Part shown: one piece after another, positions 43,449-48,883 of the stretch | Position numbering within the stretch: position 1 is the first letter of the stretch | Layout: each line of letters starts with the position of its first letter | Assembly (NCBI GenBank): GCA_040882165.1 | Contig: JBBEBV010000008.1 | Coordinates: forward strand, 1-48,883 | From: Bacteroidota bacterium | GTDB lineage: Bacteria; Bacteroidota; Ignavibacteria; UBA10030 | Length of the DNA stretch: 48,883 bases | Direction: 5' to 3' | Program-made: the position numbers and the translations under genes | The notes under the pieces: model-generated | Databases searched by the model: none | What the model was told of the DNA's origin: nothing | The model's input: the letters and a program-made list of their open reading frames with translations, nothing else

Positions 43449-44417
43449 ATGGTTCTTGGCATCGATGGCGGGGCAACGAAGACACGAGCGGTTCTTGTGT
43501 CCGAATCGGGAGTTGTGGTGGGATATGGAGAAGCAGGACCGTCGAATTACGACAATGTCGGCATCGAGAAGGCACGCGCGAATATCGGGGAATCGGTAAC
43601 GTGGGCGGCGAAAAAGGCCGGCTGCGACCCGAAAGGCTTCAATGCCGTATTCCTTGGAATGGCGGGAGTCGTCTCGAAGGGTGATCATGCAATCATCCGG
43701 TCTATTGCCGGCGATCTTGGTTTGGCGGAAGAATCCCGTATCGGTATCGACCATGATATCCGAACCGCTCTTGCGGGGGGCCTTGCAGGAAAAGAAGGGC
43801 TCGCCTTGATCGTCGGGACCGGCTCGTCCTGTTATGGCAGGCGCGCAGATGGCCGGAATCACCGTGCGGGATGGGGATATCTGCTGGACGATGTCGGGAG
43901 CGGCTATTTTCTCGGGTTACGAGCCATGATTGCGACGATTCACCAGGCCGATGGTCGTGGTGTGGCGACCCGGCTCTCGGGCGTCGTTCAGGATTTTTTC
44001 GGCTACACGGAGGTGGATGAGATCATGCACCTTCTTTACCATCAGGGTCCCGATATAACCCGAATTGCCTCGCTGGCTCCGAAAGTGATCGAAGAAGCCC
44101 GCGCCGGAGATACTGTCGCGCGCCGCATTATCGCCGATGGGGTCGGGCAGCTTGCATCGATGGTAGCGACGGTGGTGCAGAAGCTCGGGTTTTTCCCGGA
44201 CCCCTGTTCCCTCGTGCTCAGCGGCAGTGTGGCAACGGAGTCGGATTACTATCGAGCGGAATTACTGAACGCGATCCATCACCGCGTCCCTCACTGTCTG
44301 GTCAGGCAGCCAATTCTTCAGCCCGCGCTCGGCGCGGCCCTCCTTGCGCTGGAACAGGCAGGCGTCGCCAAAACGGAGACGATCCTCCAGAATCTTTCCC
44401 AGGCATCGTTGATGTGA
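43449..44417 (+). CDS. BadF/BadG/BcrA/BcrD-type ATPase, N-acetylglucosamine kinase-like
   Basis: Trimmed from the TTG at 43434 to the ATG at 43449, which follows AAAGGGGGG. It has VLGIDGGATKTRAVL and LIVGTGSSCYG. Confidence 0.8.
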   Translation: MVLGIDGGATKTRAVLVSESGVVVGYGEAGPSNYDNVGIEKARANIGESVTWAAKKAGCDPKGFNAVFLGMAGVVSKGDHAIIRSIAGDLGLAEESRIGIDHDIRTALAGGLAGKEGLALIVGTGSSCYGRRADGRNHRAGWGYLLDDVGSGYFLGLRAMIATIHQADGRGVATRLSGVVQDFFGYTEVDEIMHLLYHQGPDITRIASLAPKVIEEARAGDTVARRIIADGVGQLASMVATVVQKLGFFPDPCSLVLSGSVATESDYYRAELLNAIHHRVPHCLVRQPILQPALGAALLALEQAGVAKTETILQNLSQASLM

Positions 44418-44426
44418 GAATGGAGC

Positions 44427-45017
44427 ATGAAAATCCCACAAAACCTTTTTTCGGAATTTGATCTTGAAACTGGTTCTCTCAAAGGGGCGCCTCTTACAGT
44501 CCGGCGACTGAGCGATCTTCAGGGGAGTTTTGCCGACAAGGAGGCTTATGGCGTCGCTCTGAAAGGTGGGGATCCGGTCATTTATACTGTGGCAGCGATG
44601 CAGGATGCCGAAGGGGAAAGGGGACTTCATTTTGGAATTGGAAGAATCATGCCGGGCAACATCGGAGATGAGTACTATCTCACAAAAGGCCACATTCATT
44701 CACATCGTCCGGCTGCGGAAGTCTATATTGGATTAAAGGGAGAAGGGATGATGCTCCTGGAAGATGAGCGGACGGGCGAAACCACGATGCTGGAATTGAA
44801 GGCATCGACAACGGTGTACGTTCCGGGCCACACATTTCACCGGACGGTCAACACCGGGATCGGGCCGCTGGTGTATATCGGCGTCTATCCCGCGAACGCG
44901 GGGCATGACTATGGCGCAATTGCCAAACGGAATTTCCGGAAGGTCATTGTTGCACGGGAAGGCAAACCTCTTCTCCTGCCAAGGGAAGATTTTCTGAAGC
45001 AGATCAGCCGATCATGA
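44427..45017 (+). CDS. pgiA: cupin-type glucose-6-phosphate isomerase (archaeal cPGI type)
   Basis: 196 aa, colinear with Pyrococcus cupin PGI as I recall it. Matching blocks are VRRLSDL, YLTKGHIHSH..AEVYIGLKGEGMMLL, VYVPGHTFHRTVN and VYPANAGHDYGAIA. Confidence 0.85.
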   Translation: MKIPQNLFSEFDLETGSLKGAPLTVRRLSDLQGSFADKEAYGVALKGGDPVIYTVAAMQDAEGERGLHFGIGRIMPGNIGDEYYLTKGHIHSHRPAAEVYIGLKGEGMMLLEDERTGETTMLELKASTTVYVPGHTFHRTVNTGIGPLVYIGVYPANAGHDYGAIAKRNFRKVIVAREGKPLLLPREDFLKQISRS

Positions 45018-45033
45018 AAAAAGGATACACCCG

Positions 45034-45426
45034 ATGACGAACTATGTGACGAAACCGATCCCCTCATCAAAACCGGAGATCAAGAGTGTTGAACGACCGT
45101 GGGGATCGTTCCGGAAATATGCCCACAACGTGGAGACGACCGTGAGCCTGATGTGGGTGAAACCGAACCAGCGGCTCAGCCTTCAGTCCCATACCGGGCG
45201 TGGGGAGCTTTGGATCGTGCTGGATGAAGGAGCGATCGTACAGGTGGGAGATTCAATCATTCATCCGAAGGCAGGGGACGAGATCTGGATTCCAGCCAAT
45301 ACGAAACATCGCCTCAGCAGCGCAGGACCGGCCGTCCGGGTGCTCGAGGTGGCGTTCGGCAACTGGCAGCAGGAGGATATTACCCGTTACGAGGATGATT
45401 ACCAACGCCCGGAGAGAGGGGAGTAA
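45034..45426 (+). CDS. small cupin, mannose-6-phosphate isomerase type II C-terminal-domain-like
   Basis: 130 aa with the ERPWGSF start of the PMI-II cupin, QSHTGRGELWIVL and IPANTKHRL. Confidence 0.75.
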   Translation: MTNYVTKPIPSSKPEIKSVERPWGSFRKYAHNVETTVSLMWVKPNQRLSLQSHTGRGELWIVLDEGAIVQVGDSIIHPKAGDEIWIPANTKHRLSSAGPAVRVLEVAFGNWQQEDITRYEDDYQRPERGE

Positions 45427-47249
45427 TGCACTCCGGCACGGTTCGCAAGACCACTCAGCACCTCGCCCCGGCGCGTCCTCCGTTCGTCGAACCGGGTTCA
45501 TACAATATCTATCCCGGTTTTCCCCTCGCACCGGGGAAAATCGGACTGGGGTTCGAGGCAATGGCAGACCGTATCCTCGCGTCGGGGCAACGGGCGGTTA
45601 TTCTTGACGGATTTGTCGGGGTGATCTGGGATCAGCTCGTGGAACGGCTGGGGAGCGAGCTGGGGCGAAAGGGAAAGAAAGTCCGCTTTATCGATATTCG
45701 TTCATCCTTGCTCCCCGCGGGAGAAATCACCAAGCTCACAAAACCGTTTCTTGGCGGCGATGATCCGCTTTTTGGCAGACGATCGACATTGACGCTGGCT
45801 GATTTTTTCGACCAAAATCATCTCCGTCAACTCCGGCCCGATCCGGAATCCGATCTCACGGTTCTCTTTGGAAGCGGCGCTGCCCTGGTGGGATGGGAGG
45901 GGTTGCTAGTCTATATCGACGTCCCCAAGAACGAAGTGCAGTTCCGTTCGCGTGCAGGATCGATTCTGAATCTTGGAGCAACGTGGCCGGAATCCCCGCA
46001 GGTCATGTACAAACGGTTCTATTTTGTCGATTGGCCCATCCTGAACCGCCACAGGAAAGCATATCTCAACAGCATCGACCTGTTCGTCGACGGGCAGCGG
46101 CCGGATGAACCCGCCGTTATGGATGGAGACGATGTTCGTGACGGACTTTCCGCGATGGCCGTAAACTGCTTTCGCCCGCGGCCGTGGTTTGAACCGGGGC
46201 CATGGGGTGGACAATGGATCAAGGAGCGCATCCCGCATGTGGCGGAGGATGTTCCGAACTATGCCTGGTCCTTTGAACTGATTTATCCCGAAAACGGAAT
46301 AGCGTTCAGCAGCGATGGGATCTTGTTTGAAATGTCAGCCGATTTTCTGATGCTTCAACATTCCAGGGACGTCCTGGGGAAATTTTCCGAACGGTTTGGG
46401 TACGAGTTTCCTATCCGGTATGACTTTCTCGACACATTCGCCGGAGGCAACCTGTCGGTTCAGTGTCATCCCAGGCCGGAGTATGTTCACAAGCATTTTG
46501 GAGAGACGTTTACGCAGGATGAATGTTATTACATCCTCGACTGTAAACCCAATGCACGTGTGTATCTCGGTCTTCAGGAGGATGCCGACCCGATGGCGTT
46601 TCGGAGTGAGCTCGAAAAGAGTCAGACGACAGGATTACCAGTCGACATCGATTCGTTCGTCAACAGCGAGCCGGTCCGGAAGCATGATCTCTTCCTGATC
46701 CCTAACGGCACCATTCACTGTTCGGGAATCGATAACCTGGTTCTCGAAATCAGCGCCACACCGTACATTTTCACCTTCAAGATGTACGACTGGCTCCGGA
46801 TGGACCTCAGTGGAAATCCCCGTACCTTGAATATCGCCAGGGCATTTGAGAACTTGTACTTCGACCGGCGGGCGAAACTCATCCGGCAAGACTTCATCTC
46901 CCGCCCAGCGGTTCTCGGGCAGGGTCCCGACTGGAAGCTGGTTCATCTCCCCACCCATCCCGGACATTTCTACGACGTGCACAGAATCGAATTCCTCTCC
47001 GTAGTTGATGTCGTGACGAACGGTTCGTGCCATGTTCTCAATGTTGTGGAGGGGACGTGCGTTGAGATTGTGACGAAGAGAGGGGTACGGATGCCGTTCA
47101 ATTATGCTGAAACCTTCGTCGTGCCTGCGGCGGCGGAATCGTACCAACTGATCAACAAAGGTCCGGGACCGGCGAAAGTCGTCAAAACGTTTCTGAAACC
47201 GGATGCCCAACCCTATGCCGTCCCGGAAGGGGCGAAAGAAAATGATTGA
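45426..47249 (+). CDS. class I mannose-6-phosphate isomerase-like protein with ~250-aa N-terminal extension of unknown function
   Basis: 607 aa. The ATG shares one nt with the upstream TAA. The PMI-I-like core starts at about residue 255 (GPWGGQWIKE, LSVQCHPRPEY, QDECYYIL, IPNGTIHCSG, VLEISATP). Confidence 0.7.
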   Translation: MHSGTVRKTTQHLAPARPPFVEPGSYNIYPGFPLAPGKIGLGFEAMADRILASGQRAVILDGFVGVIWDQLVERLGSELGRKGKKVRFIDIRSSLLPAGEITKLTKPFLGGDDPLFGRRSTLTLADFFDQNHLRQLRPDPESDLTVLFGSGAALVGWEGLLVYIDVPKNEVQFRSRAGSILNLGATWPESPQVMYKRFYFVDWPILNRHRKAYLNSIDLFVDGQRPDEPAVMDGDDVRDGLSAMAVNCFRPRPWFEPGPWGGQWIKERIPHVAEDVPNYAWSFELIYPENGIAFSSDGILFEMSADFLMLQHSRDVLGKFSERFGYEFPIRYDFLDTFAGGNLSVQCHPRPEYVHKHFGETFTQDECYYILDCKPNARVYLGLQEDADPMAFRSELEKSQTTGLPVDIDSFVNSEPVRKHDLFLIPNGTIHCSGIDNLVLEISATPYIFTFKMYDWLRMDLSGNPRTLNIARAFENLYFDRRAKLIRQDFISRPAVLGQGPDWKLVHLPTHPGHFYDVHRIEFLSVVDVVTNGSCHVLNVVEGTCVEIVTKRGVRMPFNYAETFVVPAAAESYQLINKGPGPAKVVKTFLKPDAQPYAVPEGAKEND

Positions 47250-47278
47250 TAACCAGGCGTATCAACACGGAGCAACTC

Positions 47279-48670
47279 ATGGCTTCTTTCCCCTCTAGGC
47301 CGTCTGCGACGCGATATGTTACGTTCATCAGTATCGTCGCGGCGTTGGGCGGACTGCTGTTCGGGTACGACACGGCGGTTATCTCAGGTGCAATTGGTTT
47401 TCTCAGGACCTATTTCGACCTGAGCGCTGCGGAAATGGGCTGGGCTGCCGCAAGCGCGTTGCTGGGATGCGTACTGGGAGCATCCGGGGCCGGAGTTGCG
47501 AGCGACCGGTTCGGCAGAAAGAAAATCCTGATGGTGGCCGGAGTGTTCTTCGCAGTCTCTGCAGTCTGGACCGCTCTTCCCGGAAATTTCACCCAATTCG
47601 TCATCGCCCGTATTCTTGGCGGGATCGGTGTCGGCATTGCCTCGATGCTCTCGCCGATGTACATCGCCGAAGTCGCGCCGGCACAGATCCGCGGACGATT
47701 GGTGACCTTCAACCAGTTCGCCATCGTCACCGGTATCCTCACGGTCTATTTTGTGAACTACTCTATTGCCGGCCTCGGTGTCGGTGATTGGAACGTGCAA
47801 GTAGGCTGGCGCTGGATGTTCGGATCGGAAGCATTCCCTGCGATTCTGTTTCTCTTCTTCCTCTTTCTTATTCCTGAAAGTCCACGTTGGTTGATCAAGG
47901 AAGGTCGCGAGGAAGAAGCGCGCAAAGTTCTTTCCCGTGTCCGCAATGGTGACGATATCGAGGACGAGGTCCGGGAGATCAAGAAGACGCTCACAGTTGC
48001 AAAGGTGTCGATGCGGGAACTCCTGCATCCGACATGGAGAGGCGTGGTTGTTCTTGGAGCCGTTCTTGCCATTCTCCAGCAGGTTACCGGGATCAATGTG
48101 TTTATGTACTATGCCCCCGAAATTTTCAAGCAACTCGGTGCGGGGGTAGACTCGGCCCTGTTGCAGACGATCGTGGTCGGGGCAGTCAACATGCTCTTTA
48201 CTGTCGTTGCGCTCTATACGATCGACAGAGTAGGAAGGAAAACGCTTTTGATTGCCGGTGCTTCGGGGATGGGCCTGTCGCTGACCGCGCTCGGGTGGGC
48301 GGCGGCGACAAATACAACGGAGATCTGGGTACTGGCCTTTGTGCTCGGATACATCGCCTGTTTTGCCGCGTCGATGGGTCCGGTGGTGTGGGTCGTCTTG
48401 TCGGAAATATTCCCCACGCGCCTGCGTGGGCGGGCAATGGCCGTCGCCACCTTCTCCATCTGGCTCGCCAACTACGCGGTCTCCCAGACCTTCCCGATCC
48501 TCAATGAAAATGAATGGCTGGTGGCGACCTTCGGCGGAGGGTTCCCGTTCTGGTTGTATGCGTTCTTTTGTGTGGTGACGGTGGTTGTGAGCATGCGGTA
48601 CATTCCCGAAACAAAGGGGAAGACGCTGGAGCAAATCGAGGAGATGTGGAAGTCGAAAACCACCAATTGA
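47279..48670 (+). CDS. MFS sugar porter (sugar:H+ symporter, XylE/GalP/AraE-like)
   Basis: The ORF track starts at the TTG at 47246, and the first ATG is at 47279. Sugar-porter signatures are present: LFGYDTAVISGA, DRFGRKK, PESPRWL and PETKGKTLEQIE. Confidence 0.9.
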   Translation: MASFPSRPSATRYVTFISIVAALGGLLFGYDTAVISGAIGFLRTYFDLSAAEMGWAAASALLGCVLGASGAGVASDRFGRKKILMVAGVFFAVSAVWTALPGNFTQFVIARILGGIGVGIASMLSPMYIAEVAPAQIRGRLVTFNQFAIVTGILTVYFVNYSIAGLGVGDWNVQVGWRWMFGSEAFPAILFLFFLFLIPESPRWLIKEGREEEARKVLSRVRNGDDIEDEVREIKKTLTVAKVSMRELLHPTWRGVVVLGAVLAILQQVTGINVFMYYAPEIFKQLGAGVDSALLQTIVVGAVNMLFTVVALYTIDRVGRKTLLIAGASGMGLSLTALGWAAATNTTEIWVLAFVLGYIACFAASMGPVVWVVLSEIFPTRLRGRAMAVATFSIWLANYAVSQTFPILNENEWLVATFGGGFPFWLYAFFCVVTVVVSMRYIPETKGKTLEQIEEMWKSKTTN

Positions 48671-48698
48671 TCGACGATCAACGTGACTGCGCTGCTTT

Positions 48699-48731
48699 TT
48701 AACCACGGATGGCGCACTGATTCACACTGAT
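48699..48731 (-). repeat. inverted, diverged copy of the 10745-10797 decamer element (minus strand reads ATCAGTGTGA ATCAGTGCGCC ATCCGTGGTTAA)
   Basis: Read directly. By my count, 27 of 33 positions match the 3' part of the 10745-10797 array when reverse-complemented. It lies about 30 nt after the stop of the last gene. Coordinates are on the ORF-track numbering (printed index minus 1). Confidence 0.75.
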
Positions 48732-48883
48732 AAAAGAAACAAAGGTCAGAGAGCAGAAATCAGAGATCGGTGGCCCATAACCCGGTGCCGTCTGACTTCT
48801 GTCCTTCTGCCTTTCCGGTGTTTATCCGTGCCTGCACGCCGAAGTGCATGAAGTACATTTCAAGAGTACTCTAATCGTTTCGG

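Noticed and set aside
4823-47278. Upstream in-frame extensions of ORF-track starts at 4823, 7679, 8752, 17735, 19053, 23863, 24159, 24894, 29349, 35533, 43434 and 47246.
   Set aside because: The extensions overlap the preceding gene or add non-homologous, often Arg-rich, leaders. Internal ATGs give signal peptides, Shine-Dalgarno motifs or ATGA-type coupling, and better N-terminal agreement with family members. Starts remain predictions. The TTG or GTG starts at 21136, 26123, 39212 and 41977 were kept for lack of a better in-frame ATG.
48660-48661. The printed sequence reads gaaaac|ccaccaattga, and the final line ends at position 48884 by count. Three ORF-track translations (47246-48670, 48514-48702 and 48472-48717 minus) require gaaaaccaccaattga. 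The stated length is 48883.
   Set aside because: I treat this as a one-base formatting discrepancy at a line junction, not as biology. If the extra C were real, the MFS gene would read through to ...KSKTHQLIDDQRDCAAF instead of ending ...KSKTTN. I followed the ORF track and shifted coordinates beyond 48660 by -1.
48667-48681. The palindrome TTGATCGACGATCAA overlapping the stop codon of the MFS gene, considered as a rho-independent terminator.
   Set aside because: The stem would be AT-rich with a 1-3 nt loop, and the T-run (CTGCTTTTT) is 10 nt further on and not adjacent. No other convincing intrinsic terminator was seen in the window.
1114-48706. Many other long minus-strand ORFs, e.g. 1114-2115, 5567-6829, 9445-10524, 22953-24095, 28030-29241, 30026-31153, 36034-37188, 37934-39421, 40133-41356 and 47384-48706.
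   Set aside because: For the ones I checked (37934-39421 and 47384-48706), the frame is the codon-aligned antisense frame of a well-supported + strand gene. All have low-complexity R/G/P/H-rich translations and no family motifs. The pattern reflects genome-wide avoidance of TTA/CTA/TCA codons, not coding potential.
10745-48731. The inverted repeat copies as ends of a composite transposon or genomic island.
   Set aside because: No transposase, integrase, recombinase, tRNA target or direct target-site duplication is visible. I noticed no obvious compositional break at the boundaries. The possibility is kept only as a low-key item within a finding.

Overview
The window is 48.9 kb of moderately GC-rich bacterial DNA. 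It has no rRNA or tRNA, so I cannot place it taxonomically. Many starts are preceded by GGAG or AAGGA-type Shine-Dalgarno motifs.

I call 39 protein-coding genes, all on the + strand. Most gaps are under 60 nt, and about ten junctions have stop/start overlaps (ATGA, GTGA, TAATG). The window therefore reads as one very long co-directional carbohydrate-catabolic array.

Gene blocks:
- 1-10695: a 5'-truncated tandem amidohydrolase, then secreted or periplasmic proteins. These are a 795-aa six-hairpin-like protein, three single-domain BNR/Asp-box beta-propellers, and two paralogous ~600-aa proteins of a family I cannot name.
- 10816-17713: a PfkB kinase, a cytoplasmic MngB-like GH38 alpha-mannosidase, a DhnA-type class I aldolase, a Gfo/Idh/MocA oxidoreductase and a class I mannose-6-P isomerase.
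- 17810-27076: a tandem ferritin-like di-iron protein, a FAH hydrolase, an MLE-subgroup enolase-superfamily enzyme and a secreted GH3. These are followed by a PreA-like flavoenzyme with a separate 2x[4Fe-4S] ferredoxin, a cyclase/formamidase-like hydrolase, an M20 deacylase and a ROK kinase.
- 27073-31156: a secreted heparinase II/III-like lyase, a second DhnA aldolase and a FruK/LacC-type kinase.
- 31216-35461: a complete corrinoid methyltransferase module, made of two URO-D/MtaA-like proteins, an MtaC-like B12-binding protein and an MtaB-like methanol:corrinoid methyltransferase. This is the most unexpected content of the window.
- 35545-48670: a 798-aa orphan, a glycerate kinase, an EamA transporter and a degenerate Gfo/Idh/MocA-like protein. 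Next come a sugar-1-P nucleotidyltransferase, a galactokinase-family kinase and a BadF-type N-acetylglucosamine kinase. The block ends with an archaeal-type cupin glucose-6-P isomerase, two more PMI-type cupins and an MFS sugar porter.

I saw no transcription factor, transposase, integrase, TonB/SusCD or ABC transporter, CRISPR array or RNA gene. A 10-bp-phased ATCCGTG-type repeat array at 10745-10797 has a related inverted copy just after the last gene.

All functional calls rest on motif recognition by eye, not database searches.

Caveat: the printed sequence seems to carry one extra C at the 48660/48661 line junction relative to the ORF track and the stated length. Coordinates beyond 48660 follow the ORF track.
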